Positions 36,165-49,601 are shown, numbered from the whole stretch's first letter. The stretch: DNA of 63,904 bases, filler included, from Octopus bimaculoides (GCF_001194135.2; 4 parts of 4 records of this genome joined end to end with filler, not necessarily neighbours in it); one strand, 5' to 3'. Numbers and translations: made by a program. Notes: generated by a model from the letters alone, not told the origin.

Positions 36165-36309
36165 CCCCTGACTTCTTTATTTTATCAACCAGAAAGGATG
36201 AAAGGCAAAGTTGTCCTCGGCGGACTTTGAACTCGAAGTGCTAAGAGCATCCAACAAATACCGCAAGATATTTCAGCTTACCCTTAGCAACTCTACTAAT
36301 TCGCCGCCT
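36165..36309 (-). mobile_element. Family B SINE 5' portion
   Basis: Reverse complement: aggcggcgaattagtagag..cgagttcaaagtccgccgaggacaactttgcctttcatcctttc. Confidence 0.8.
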
Positions 36310-37044
36310 ATGCATCATTTCAGCTAAATCAATTATAAATGAAATGTTGGACACAATCTTTAAGGCTTGGCTTGTCCTGTGTATCACATGTAATACACAG
36401 GACATATTTCCCATCCCTAATATCCTTCATCATATATGACACATTCCCAATTTCTTTCAACCAACAGCATAACTTGGGACTTATGAAAGGAAAGCTTTAT
36501 ATTATATGAAACGAGGACTGATTAAAACTCTGAAAACAAGTATGGCCGTTTAGGACAAACTTATGAAAATACTTTGGACAAGCAAAAGATTAACTATCAT
36601 TATGTCTTTAATTCAATAGTTATCTGGTGATTCCATTGCTTTTCAACTCGCTTCTGTATATCATTGTGGCCATTCAGTTTCGCTATTTCAAATAGCAAAA
36701 CGCTTCTGTCATTGAGAGGTAATATCCGCTTAAACGTGGATTGGAGACAAATATTATCTTTCGATTATTAATACTGCCTCTGTCGCTAATTCTTCTGTCA
36801 TTTTCTGCAAAAATTATGCCAGACTTCATATATACTTTTCTTATAGATGCTGCTGCTGTTGTTGTTGTTCTTGTTGTTGTTTAACCCTAAGTCACCTTTG
36901 ATCTAGCTGACGTAGTATCAAGGACATTTCATTGTGATCATCCCGACCTTTTTTTTCAATTTGATGTAGATGTCTACAGTATCTAATGCGTCCTTTCTCT
37001 TATAGACAGTAGGGTGTCATTTGAAGGAGATTTTACAGTTTTTT

Positions 37045-37606
37045 TGTCACTACTACTACTACTACTACAACTACAATTACTACTATGCCTGCTACGAATA
37101 CTAACACTGCCAGAACTGCGGCTAGTAGTGATACTTCTATAACTAGTACTATAACAACTACTATTATTAATACTACTACAATACTACGACTAAAAGTACT
37201 ACTGCTGCTACTGCTATTACTACTAAGGCAACTATTACTACTATTTCTACAACTATATAAGTTATTACTACCGTTTTTGCTATTACTACCAATGCAACAA
37301 CTACTGCTAAACAGCTGTTACAACAACTACTACTACTATTACACTACTACTACAACAACTACTACTACTTTTACTACTATAAAGGCGATGTTTTTGCAGA
37401 ATCGCTAGAGCGACGGATTAAAATGTCACGTGGTATTTATTTACGTTCCTTTACGTTCTGAGTTTTAGCTTCCCATCGTTTCATAATCGATAAAATAAGT
37501 AAAAATCAATAGCAGTCAATATACTTAATCGATTTAGTCGACAACATACTTCCCTCTCGCACCCACTTTCCAGAGTCTGGACAACGTCAATGGGCGGTCA
37601 TAATGG

Positions 37607-37651
<45 letters not shown>

Positions 37652-37815
37652 AGGCGATGTGTTGGTAGAATCGATAGAGCGGCGTATTAAATACTTTTCA
37701 ATGCTTACGTCACTTTACTTTCTAGGTTCGAATTCAACTGTTGCCAAATTTGTCTTTCATTTGTAAGGAATCAAGGCGGCGAGCTGGCAGAGCCGTTAGC
37801 ACTCCGGGTCACCAT
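37045..37815 (+). mobile_element. (CTA)n tracts interleaved with three family B SINE heads (37381-37560, 37651-37760, 37773-37815)
   Basis: Two aaggcgatgt..agaatcg.tagagcg.cg heads each preceded by (TAC)n, plus a canonical aaggcggcgagctggcagagccgttagc head. Confidence 0.75.
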
Positions 37816-38612
37816 TTTATTTTTCAGAGTTAATAAGAAAAACATGAAAAAGGCATTCTGCGGGGCAGTAGATTGTCAGTTCTGCACTTTGTTCTTTCGT
37901 TAAGTCCATTTACTCACTTGCTCAAGAAAAGCATAGTATTTAAAGAAATGGATATTCTGAAGCCCGAAACAGCTCTCTTCTTTATTTGTAGACAGCATGG
38001 AGTTGTTGGATCTCATTACACAATATTAGGCAAACACTGGGATGAAATTTGTTAAGTTCAAATGTTCACATTTTGTGGGAAGGCGAGGACAACTTGTACC
38101 TCACATCACCCTACCCCCCCCCCAAAAAAAAAACTAAGCATGAATGACACAATAATACAGTCATTATATTCGGCTAAAACTACAAGTATCATGAACAAGT
38201 TGACAATGTCAGGTCTGATGGATCCATTAATAAAGAAAGAAATGAATACCTCCAGTAAGTAACGAAAATATAACATCTCATCAAGAAGGTTAACTTTTTG
38301 CAATCGAGACACCCAAGGTCCTTCCACACAATTGTAGGCAATGCAAAACGAAAATCAAACACATTACCGAAGTCTAGAAACATAAATATTTGTACCTAAT
38401 TTTTCATATATTCATATTGTTTTTGTCGTCCTATTGTTGACACCATACCATACTTTGAAGTTAGCAATCTTGTTGATAACGTGCTGAAATTACTTTGATC
38501 TTCAGTCAACAGCTGGTGAGAGAAGATGACTTCCATGTTATTATCTTCTCCTGTGCGTTCTATTTGTCTGCTTAATTTTTCTTTTATTTGATCGTAACTC
38601 TACGCTACCATT

Positions 38613-38662
<50 letters not shown>

Positions 38663-38969
38663 ATTATGTATGTATATATAGATAGATAGATAGATAGATA
38701 GATTTATGCGCGATTTTCGGTGTGGAGCTTCTGTTAAATTGAATCAGAAATACAATAGATATAACTGTAGTTGAAGCCTGTCAAACAACTAGAATTTGCT
38801 ACAAAACATTCAATAGCATGAGATATAGGCTAAAGCTATAGATATTATATATCTATCTCTCTATCTATATACATACACACGCACACGCATACATACATAC
38901 ATACATACATACATACATACATACATACATACATACATACATACTTACATGCATACATACTTGCATATA

Positions 38970-39044
<75 letters not shown>

Positions 39045-39850
39045 ATGGGTGTGTACATAAGAAAAAGGAAGGAGAGACCAGTAGAAATAGAAATTCACTA
39101 ACAGCAGCAACAGGCTTTTATCTCTTGGCAAAATTTCAAACGGTTCTTGTGTAATCTTTACTTTTGGACTACCTTAGCAAAAGACTTTTCCATTCCGAAA
39201 AACCAACGTAGGAATCTGTCAAAATTTCGACTATTTTCGTTTTACAATATCTGTACGGATTAGAACTTTTGAGTAGTTTCCATTTTATGCGTTGTGTGAG
39301 TTAAGTATGTATTCGGATTCTAACGGAATACATATTCAGAAATAATAATAGAATTACACATGTAATGTGGTAAAGATTGAATATATTAATGTGTCCACAT
39401 GAATGTTTCTCTACAAACATATACGTATTTTGTGTGTAAATTGTGCAGGGATATGGAAAATTCATATATTTGAGAAAAGAAAAAAAACAAGAGAGAAATG
39501 TAACGCAGACGCTAAGTAGCATAAAACATGTTTTGCGCATGTACATAACATGAAAAGTATGCACGGTCACCGACAAGTTATCTCTCTTGAGAGTTTATTA
39601 ATTTGATTTTCTTTCTTCTTTTTTTTTTTTTTTTGTTTAGTTTCCATTCTTTCTTTTCGTTCGTGTTGTTCACCTTTCTTACTACTTATGTATCAGTCGT
39701 AATTTAAAATGGACAGGAAAATATTCAGACAGATTGAATCATGTGTAACTAAAGGTTGCAAATCTGAAGTAGTGAAATAATCTATGCGAGTGTGTGTAAT
39801 ATGTCGGTATTGTTCCTTTGTCTCAAAATGGTAAACACACTCATATTATG

Positions 39851-39884
<34 letters not shown>

Positions 39885-41016
39885 TTAGACGAGAATTAGA
39901 TACATGGCGAGTTGCGTCAGCAACTTGGGTTCGAAAACCGGTTAAAGATGTTTTGATTCAATTTTAACTGTAATGCGTTTGAGAAAACTATCGGAGTCGT
40001 TGTAAAAGTCTTCATCTACGCATGTCTACGAATACTTATGCACACACATATAAATACATCCCATCATCCAACCAATCAGGCACTCATCCATCCAGACACA
40101 TATATACATACACTCACATGTATATATCTGTATCTATATGTGCGTGTATGTATGTATACATACATGCGCGGGTGAGGCTGTGTCGTCAGAAGTTTACTTT
40201 CTGGTTGTTCAGTCATAAGTTGCGGAACTCTCTTCCATCGCTAACGACTGATGTGGCTTCCACAAATCCATAAATAATATTATATATGAAATGGTACGGG
40301 AAATATGTCTATTTTATTTATATTGAGAAGCACCCAAATCGCCCATAAATATTGTTCTACTTTCTGTCAAAAATACAAGATATGGAGGAGACAGAAAGTT
40401 TAAATGAACTACTAGTGTCAATCTTTCTCCATTTTCTAGCTCACTGGCGAATAGCAGCAAAGCGATACACAGAAAATAAAAAATGCACGCGAAGAAAGAG
40501 ACGTAGAGAGGGAAAGAGTTTGGTGACGTTTGTGGTACGTTTTTGAGATGACAAAATCTCTTTAATATTTCGATCTTGCTTTTCATACTCACACATTCAG
40601 GGAGAAAGAGAGAAAGACAGACAGGCAGGCAGAGTGCGTGCGTGCGTGTGTGTGTGTTTGCACGCGCGTGTTCTGTGTGTATGTGCGTGCGTGTGTGTGT
40701 GTGTGTGCGCGCGTGCGTGATTGGGATAATGCTCATGATTTGAAAAATTGAATAACACTGATTCATATGAAGAGTACATTACGAACCCTTTACATTGTTA
40801 ATATAATGTACCTTCTATTAAATTCTGGAAGGAGAGCAATGTGGATTTCCCCTCAAAATGCTTATGCTGCCTTATATAATCTAAAAATGATTATTTACAA
40901 GGATTACAATGGACTCGAATTTGGGAAAATAGCTGAGATCTATAACGTGTATATCATTTCAAAAATTTTCCCTCAGTCAATAGCACCTAAATCTCAACTG
41001 CTATAGTCTCTTGTGT

Positions 41017-41370
41017 GGAGGCGCAATGGCCCAGTGGTTAGGGCAGCGGTCTCGCGATCAGAATATCGCGGTTTCGATTCCCAGACCGGACGTTGTGAGT
41101 GTTTATTGAGCGAAAACACCTAAGCTCCACGAGGATCCGGCAGGGTGTGGTGGCGACCCCTGCTATACTCTTCCGCCCCAACTTTCTCCCACTCTTTCTT
41201 TCTGTTTCTTGAGTAACGCTGCGATGGACTGGCGTCCTGTCCAGCTGGGGGGAACACATACGCCATAGAAACCGGGAAACNNNNNNNNNNCCTGTCCAGC
41301 TGGGGGGAACACATACGCCATAGAAACCGGGAAACCGGGCCCATGAGCCTGGCTAGGCTTTGAAAGAGCG
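41017..41370 (+). mobile_element. Family E SINE with alternative 3' module 2 (V-domain-like)
   Basis: First ~193 bp homologous to 29441-29634. Then gctgcgatggactggcgtcctgtccagctgggg..ccatagaaaccgggaaaccgggcccatgagcctggctagg. Contains a 10-N gap with duplicated flanks. Confidence 0.88.
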
Positions 41371-43548
41371 ACGTTTATCGATATCGTTTTATAGTCTCTT
41401 GTAACGCTCTTTTGTATTAAGAGAACGCAGACTTTCCCATTACTTAAATTGTAGCGTTAGAAAGATTACAAATTTATTTATATATTAAATAACATACCGA
41501 CATACGTTAACCCAATATTATTCTCTAAATTTCAAACTGTATGTATTTAGAGGGATTCCAAAGGGCACATATTATTCTAAATACTTTTATTTTATGCATA
41601 TGTATAGTTAATCGAAACTAAAGATTGGGTCACTCTCAACGAAACTGTATACCCGATTTAATTCTAGTTGCAATGGCACCTGGATTTCACCTCCAGAAAC
41701 ACCTCTTTATTAAACTTCAATAAATCCAATGTCGATTTTCACTACCACACAAAAAAAACTTAGCCTGAATTTATATAAGAACATAAAAGAATTATTTTAT
41801 TTCATCAGTTAAGAAGTGAACAGTTATAAAAGATTGTACAGACGTCTGGCACTAAACAATAATACATTCAGGTTGCTGCCATTTATGCATATACATATAT
41901 GCATGAGTGTATATAAGTATGCATGTGTGTATATGTATGTATGTGTGTGTATGTGTGTGCCATATAGGTGTGTATACTTATATGTATAATATATTTGTTT
42001 ATGTACACATCTAAGAAATATATGCATGTGTGGGGGGGTAGTGTGCGTTTGTAATATATATATTGGTGTAGGATGATCCAAAACTCGCAAAGTATAAAAG
42101 TTCAGTCGGGGCATCAGCTGAAGTTCAGGTTATGCACAGCGATCGCAATATACAATCAGACTATGTAACTTTTTTTTCACCATCTATGCATATATATATA
42201 CATATATATATATATATANNNNNNNNNNNNNNNNNNNNNNNNNNNNNNNNNNNNNNNNNNNNNNNNNNNNNNNNNNNNNNNNNNNNNNNNNNNNNNNNNN
42301 NNNNNNNNNNNNNNNNNNNNNNNNNNNNNNNNNNNNNNNNNNNNNNNNNNNNNNNNNNNNNNNNNNNNNNNNNNNNNNNNNNNNNNNNNNNNNNNNNNNN
42401 NNNNNNNNNNNNNNNNNNNNNNNNNNNNNNNNNNNNNNNNNNNNNNNNNNNNNNNNNNNNNNNNNNNNNNNNNNNNNNNNNNNNNNNNNNNNNNNNNNNN
42501 NNNNNNNNNNNNNNNNNNNNNNNNNNNNNNNNNNNNNNNNNNNNNNNNNNNNNNNNNNNNNNNNNNNNNNNNNNNNNNNNNNNNNNNNNNNNNNNNNNNN
42601 NNNNNNNNNNNNNNNNNNNNNNNNNNNNNNNNNNNNNNNNNNNNNNNNNNNNNNNNNNNNNNNNNNNNNNNNNNNNNNNNNNNNNNNNNNNNNNNNNNNN
42701 NNNNNNNNNNNNNNNNNNNNNNNNNNNNNNNNNNNNNNNNNNNNNNNNNNNNNNNNNNNNNNNNNNNNNNNNNNNNNNNNNNNNNNNNNNNNNNNNNNNN
42801 NNNNNNNNNNNNNNNNNNNNNNNNNNNNNNNNNNNNNNNNNNNNNNNNNNNNNNNNNNNNNNNNNNNNNNNNNNNNNNNNNNNNNNNNNNNNNNNNNNNN
42901 NNNNNNNNNNNNNNNNNNNNNNNNNNNNNNNNNNNNNNNNNNNNNNNNNNNNNNNNNNNNNNNNNNNNNNNNNNNNNNNNNNNNNNNNNNNNNNNNNNNN
43001 NNNNNNNNNNNNNNNNNNNNTCATCAAAATAAAACATTGCATAACAATTCAAATAACATTTAACAAAGGTTTCAGAACATTGCATAATCAAAGTTTACAA
43101 TCAAGAGTTCGTATATCAAGTCAATTAAAAGTCCTTCTACTTCTTTGTTTTTCTTTTCTTTGGACAACATGTCACAACAAAGTTCGTTCTTTTTCTTTTC
43201 CACCCGTTAACATCACAGTTAACGAAATCTCTTTTTCTTTTAAAACATATAACGACAAGTACACTTTTCTTCAAAGAAATATACACAAACCTTTACCGCA
43301 AGAATTTCCTTTCCTTCAAATATCCCACTACAATCACAAGAACTGACCAACATAGTACACTACAATCTTTTGCCTGCCACAAGAGTTGCATCTCTCTGCC
43401 CCTCTCTCTCTCTCAGACTCTATGCATTTCTGCTGACTCGTACCTGCTGACCATAGGTTGTCTCTCTCGGCTTCTCTCTGTCAGACTTATCACAGTTCAT
43501 CTTCACTGGCTCTCGTTCTTCATCCAACTGCCGTCCACCAACTCCTCG

Positions 43549-43756
43549 ATGCCAACTGCTCTGGCCAACCGCTCATGCCAACTGCCTGATACCAACCGCT
43601 CTGGCCAACCGCTCGCGCCAACTGCCCGATGCCAACTGCTCTGGCCAACCGCTCATGCCAACTGCCTGATACCAACCGCTCTGGCCAACCGCTCGCGCCA
43701 ACTGCCCGATGCCAACTGCTCTGGCCAACCGCTCATGCCAACTGCCTGATACCAAC
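43549..43756. repeat. 80-bp higher-order tandem repeat (minisatellite), 2.6 identical copies running into a gap
   Basis: Unit atgccaactgctctggccaaccgctcatgccaactgcctgataccaaccgctctggccaaccgctcgcgccaactgcccg starts at 43549, 43629 and 43709. Confidence 0.95.
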
Positions 43757-44399
43757 NNNNNNNNNNNNNNNNNNNNNNNNNNNNNNNNNNNNNNNNNNNN
43801 NNNNNNNNNNNNNNNNNNNNNNNNNNNNNNNNNNNNNNNNNNNNNNNNNNNNNNNNNNNNNNNNNNNNNNNNNNNNNNNNNNNNNNNNNNNNNNNNNNNN
43901 NNNNNNNNNNNNNNNNNNNNNNNNNNNNNNNNNNNNNNNNNNNNNNNNNNNNNNNNNNNNNNNNNNNNNNNNNNNNNNNNNNNNNNNNNNNNNNNNNNNN
44001 NNNNNNNNNNNNNNNNNNNNNNNNNNNNNNNNNNNNNNNNNNNNNNNNNNNNNNNNNNNNNNNNNNNNNNNNNNNNNNNNNNNNNNNNNNNNNNNNNNNN
44101 NNNNNNNNNNNNNNNNNNNNNNNNNNNNNNNNNNNNNNNNNNNNNNNNNNNNNNNNNNNNNNNNNNNNNNNNNNNNNNNNNNNNNNNNNNNNNNNNNNNN
44201 NNNNNNNNNNNNNNNNNNNNNNNNNNNNNNNNNNNNNNNNNNNNNNNNNNNNNNNNNNNNNNNNNNNNNNNNNNNNNNNNNNNNNNNNNNNNNNNNNNNN
44301 NNNNNNNNNNNNNNNNNNNTATATATATATATATATATATATATGTAATATAAATAACATATAAATATATGCATATATCCATACATATATGTACATACC

Positions 44400-44930
44400 T
44401 ACATCTATATGTATACATACATGTATACATGAGTACAGGACATCAAGAAAAACGTTAAAGACAACGAGAAACGAAAACAAAAACGAAAACAAAACGAACT
44501 TTTTTTCGAACAACGAAAAAACAAACAGAGAAACGAGACATGCAACATAAAGAGTATATCCCTTCGTCAGTTGTCCCTGTTCCATATATTCCGCGTTTCG
44601 AAGGCAAGGACAATACGTGACTTCATTGGAACAGTCCTTCTCGCAAAGCAAATTAAATAAAATTTGGAATTTTTTGCGGCGGGTGAAAGTGTTAACAAGA
44701 AGGGGACAGTGAGAACAAGACGGTAAAAACAGTAAGAACAGGACAGTGAGAACAAGACAGTTAAAACAAACAGTGAGGGCTGTTAAGCCAAGACGATAGA
44801 AAAATTATCATTATGAACGGAAGGTTGTGGATTTTTTCGTATCAATGAACGATAAGCAGAAAAAAAGTTCTTTTTATATTCCACAGTTTAGCGACCAGGG
44901 TTGCCGGGTGTGCCGGGTGTGCGAATAAGA
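44400..44930 (-). mobile_element. Penelope-like terminal/non-autonomous repeat; related copy at 57850-58110
   Basis: Both loci on minus strand share aatgaag..tattgtc..ttcgaaa..caactga(c)gaaggg..gatgtcctgt. CTGACGAAGGG resembles the CCGATGAAGGG core at 27416. Confidence 0.5.
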
Positions 44931-45159
44931 ATACAAGAGTCATGGAATGAAGTAGGTAAGCTCTGGGCTACACATGTTTCCATGCGTCAACATGTAAATC
45001 TTTGCAGCAATGTAACCTTTAATTTAATCAAGATATCCTTGGCCTGAAGTGTAGCCAGCGGTATACACTTCGTTTGGATTTTTACCACTTCTGAGATTCC
45101 ACCCACTATGAAATATATGTAGCCCGGATCTTACCTACTCCATTCCGTAACTCTTGTAT
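44931..45159. mobile_element. TA-flanked MITE with ~50-bp TIRs
   Basis: atacaagagtcatggaatgaagtaggtaagctctgggctacacatgtttc (44931-44980) versus gaaatatatgtagcccggatcttacctactccattccgtaactcttgtat (45110-45159). Confidence 0.75.
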
Positions 45160-45194
45160 ACATATACAAATATATATAATGCATGAATTATGTA

Positions 45195-45428
45195 TGTATG
45201 TATGTAGGTAGGTAGGTAGGTAGGTAGGTAGGTAGGTAGGTAGGTATCCATATAGTTATATCAGTTTCATGCTGTTTTTCTGTGTAACTTGACTAAAAAC
45301 AAACATTAATATAAATTTCATTAGACAGACAGACAGACAAGTAGGTAGGTAGGGATGTAGATAGGTAGGTAGGTAGGTAGGTAAGTAGGTAAGCAAACAG
45401 ACAGGGAGGCAGGCAGGCAAGCAGGCAA

Positions 45429-45500
<72 letters not shown>

Positions 45501-45545
45501 GTGTGTATGTATGTATGTATGTATGTATGCATGTATGTATGTACG
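45195..45545. repeat. Tetranucleotide mosaic (TAGG/AGAC/TAGA/TGTA)
   Basis: Direct inspection. Confidence 0.95.
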
Positions 45546-46774
45546 AGGCGGGGTGCGTCGCTAGAGCACACACAATGCCCAACGTGACACACAATAGAAT
45601 CGAAGGCAAAACGCGTGACAACATTTAATATTATCAGAACATAGTACATGTATACTTAAAAGGCCAACACATTGGAATCAAGGTAATCCACAGTTTAATG
45701 GCCATCTGTAGCTTTAGAAGATATTTATTTGCTAATTTTTATTGTCGCAATACGTACACAAACATTAAGAATAATGAGAGAAAAAGTAACGTAAAAATCT
45801 GCAGAATTCTAAGAAAACCTTGATACGATTCCAGCTTAACTATCAATATTCTTCATCGTTTCAAGTGTGTTTACGTTCTTTCAGTTTTCAAAAGTAATTA
45901 TGTGGATATCTGTCTGTGAACGTATGTGTGTGTATGTACCTATGGGTGTATATACATACAATAACTGCATACAAATATAAGCACATACATATCATATCTA
46001 TATGCATGTGTTTATGTATGAATGTACGTAGGTAGGTAGGTAGGTAGGTAAGTAGGTCGGTAGGTAGGCAAGTTGGTATATGAATAAAAAGACTCAGATA
46101 TATGTAAAGGGGGAGAAAGAGATCTGTATACATGCATAACTGTAAAAAAGATAATTATTTCTACTTGGTCCCATGCCTCAAAATTGTTTTTAGTTGTTCT
46201 AAGACACTTTAATAGTTCAGAATCTCGGATTTCATGTCCCCTTAAAACTTTTCACTCGCTCTGCCGCCATTATCCCTTCTATAAAACTGCGTAGATAATA
46301 AAATGTCTCATCTCAAAAGCAGTCATTCTCATGGCACTGCAGGTAATAAACATTTCAACATACATACACGCGCGCGCACATACACACACATATACACACA
46401 TACATACACACATGCATATATATGCATGCATTACATACATATATATATTTACAGATATACACATAGTCAAATGTACATATACAGACACATACGTGCATAT
46501 TTGTGAATATACATAGATATGTATATCAATATATGTATATTTATATATACACATATACTTATATATATATATGTATAAATATACATAGACACAGATACAT
46601 ACAAATATATGAGTGTGTGTATGTGCGTGTGTGTACGCGCGTGTGTATGTATATATGTATGTATATATGTGTGTGTGTGTGTGTGTGTGTTTAAAGAGAG
46701 AGAGAGAAAAAGTAAGAGGCGGGTGTTGTATATATGTGTGGGTGCATACGCATGTATACATGTGAGGGGAGCGA

Positions 46775-46813
<39 letters not shown>

Positions 46814-47195
46814 AGAGAGGAGCGGGCGTTGCATGTTATGAGGAAAATAATGTTCAATAATAATTAAACTGATAATGCTCAATGATTGTAGGACAAATCA
46901 ATGACACTAAGAAAGCATTATTATTCGACACTTTGAATCCAAAATCCGTTAAATTATATCGTTAAACCGAGATTTTATTGTTTGCGCGTTTGTGTGAATG
47001 GGTGCCTGTGCGCACGCGCATATGTATAAGCATATACACGCACATAATGGGTGTATATTTTCTCTTCTTGATTAGAGATCGGAAATTTGTTTTGAATGGT
47101 CACACACTCGGTCGTAGTGTTGTAAGGAAAACCATTTTTTTTTAAATGGCGTGTCTAGTTCTTTCATTGCCTACATGCAATATTTTATCCATTTT

Positions 47196-47406
47196 GGCGG
47201 CAGAGGTGGCAGAATCGTTAGTATGCAGGGCCAAACGCTTAACTGCATTTCGTCCCTTTTTACATTGAGTTCAAATTCCGCCGAGATCGACTTTGCCTTT
47301 CATCTTTTCGTGGTCGATAAAATAAGTAGCATTTGAGCACTGGGGTCGATGTAATCGATTGGCCCCGTTCTCTAAAATTGCTGGCCTTGTACCAAAATTT
47401 GAAACC
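47196..47406 (+). mobile_element. Family B SINE
   Basis: ggcggcagaggtggcagaatcgttagt..gagttcaaattccgccgagatcgactttgcctttcatc..gctggccttgtaccaaaatttgaaac. Confidence 0.92.
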
Positions 47407-47719
47407 AATATTTTTTCCATTTTAATTTCAAAATGTCTTGGAGATATTTTTTGGCTCCGTGTATTGCGATGATATTTAGCCAATGAATTATAGTTTAGTC
47501 ATTCTTTGATCCAAACAATTTGGTAGATTACCTGTCACTTCAGTAATATTGCATATAGACCCGAAGGACTGTTCTGGGTAACGGTTTTGCAGTCTCCTCA
47601 CCAGTTACCTCGAGATTCCTTCTTCCCACTGTATTTTTCTCAATGCAATGAGGTCAAGTTCGCAGTTGGCTTCTACAACAAAATACTTTTGCGCCTGGTT
47701 GACTGCTATATCTATGTAT

Positions 47720-48597
47720 GTCGTTATTCAATTATATTTCAAGATTTCTTGCCAATAGAGAAAGAGCCGGTTTCTAATCTAGATCCAAGGTTCCTTCAAT
47801 GGAATTTCAACAATACCAAGAGGGTATTTTTGCATGTATGTGTGTATATGTGTACTATTTGGAGTCAGTGCATGTGCATAGTTGTATGTTGTGTTTTATG
47901 CATGTATTCTCATGTATATAGTTGCATGTCTAGACATGCTCATATATATTTAAATGATAAACTTCTGGAAAGTTTTACAGATTTTTACAGTTCCAGTGAT
48001 TGATTGGATCTGTAGTTTTCGAATTATCTTCCTCCTTTCTGGTTTTGAGAAGCTTAATTTCTCAAGATTGGTATTTAGGCAGTGTGTTACATATCCCAGG
48101 GCGCTAATAATTACAGGTATAAACCTGAACTTGCAATCTGGATAAAGTAACTGCAGATTCCTCAATGGTTCAGCATACGTGCTTTCTTTTTCACTGATCT
48201 TCAGCTTTATGTTAATATCTGCTGGACAGCTAATTTCCACAATTGTGCACAGTTTCTCTTCTCTATCCCAAGTCATTATATCAGGTCTGTTGTGCTTAAA
48301 TTTTATTGAGGTCTTCACTGGGACATTCCAACAGTACTCGTTTTTATTATGAGTGGCTTTGGGTTCTACCATATTGTGGGTTCTTATTTCTTTGCCGTCG
48401 GGGTTATCCTTCCGACGGATTTCATTACAGAGTGTCCTAGCTACATCAAGTCCCATCGATAAATATTACCGTGATAACATTTTCGGACAACTGCCTATGA
48501 TATGGGTGATATCTTCAGTGTGAACTCCACAAAGTCTGCATCGGTTGTCACATTTTACTGCTTTTCCTGCATCTCTATCCCTTTCGTGCATCTTATG
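47720..48597 (-). mobile_element. 3' end of restriction-like-endonuclease (RLE) non-LTR retrotransposon (R4/Dong/HERO-like)
   Basis: CCHC knuckle CRLCGVHTEDITHIIGSCP, one stop, then ORF 48456-47950 with KHNRPDIMTWDREEKLCTIVEISCP..KISEKESTYAEPL..FIPVIISALG, the PD..E-x-K-type RLE motif. A 3' UTR follows. Confidence 0.88.
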
Positions 48598-49601
48598 NNN
48601 NNNNNNNGTATGTATGTATGTGTCTTTACGCATGTATGGATGGATGGATGGATGGATGGATGGATGGATGGATGGATGGATGGATGGATGGATGGATATC
48701 TATACATATATGACGATGTATTTTGCACATACAAATAGATACACAGATTTAAGTGTATGATTTTATCTCTTGTTAAAATTATGACTCGTGTTTACGAAAC
48801 TAAGATTACAGGAAACAGACATAAATATTGCACAAAACTGTGTGATTACACACACGCTCATACACACACACATATATGTGTATGTATGTATGTATGTATG
48901 TATGTATGTATGTATGCATGTATGTATGTACAGACACACATAACCACCCACATACACCAACGTACGTGCAATTATTTTGACTCCATCCTCTGTACAATCT
49001 TCTCCTAAGTTGTATACATATGGTTATCTGGTAATCTGGTTATGATAATTAAAGTATGTCATAAAATAAAGGTTCGTAATAAAACAAGATTTTTATACGG
49101 GCTTAACTAGAATGAGTTTTGTGGGATATTTCGTTTAATAAGTCTCAACCATAAGTTTCAGTTGTTAATATAAAGCTTGCTTGATATAACGTCAATAATT
49201 CTGTTTCTTTTGCCATTTTTATAATTTTCTTTTTTGTACTATTTACTTTTTCCCAATTTATTTTTATGACTTCCATTTTTTTTCTGTTTGTGTATTCATG
49301 CATTTGCTTCGTTTGTTTATTATTTGTTTCAAAGACAGTAATGCCAAATAATCTGAAGTAATGACAGTTAACTAGAGGTTTATTCCGTCCGTTTGTTCGT
49401 TCGTGTTTATACTTGTCTGAGACAATAAGACAAACAGAGGTAGAAATAGAAATATATAGGCGTGTGTGTGTGTACGTGAGAGAGATTGAGTACATATATA
49501 TATAATACTACGACTGAATAGCACAGGGTAAATCTGAAGGGGGACGAGCTTTATACTGTACTCTGCTATGTTCTTAACAGAATATACAATAACTATATAT
49601 C

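Noticed and set aside
36373-36404. 12-bp perfect hairpin tgtcctgtgtat/atacacaggaca
   Set aside because: No CTRR terminus or associated element; too short to interpret.
41236-41335. 45-bp direct repeat around a 10-N gap inside a SINE
   Set aside because: Overlapping contig ends duplicated across a gap; assembly artefact.
43549-43756. Tandem repeat as a CRISPR array or repetitive protein (MPTALANRSCQ..)
   Set aside because: No unique spacers and eukaryotic context. The unit length of 80 is not a multiple of 3, so no stable reading frame.
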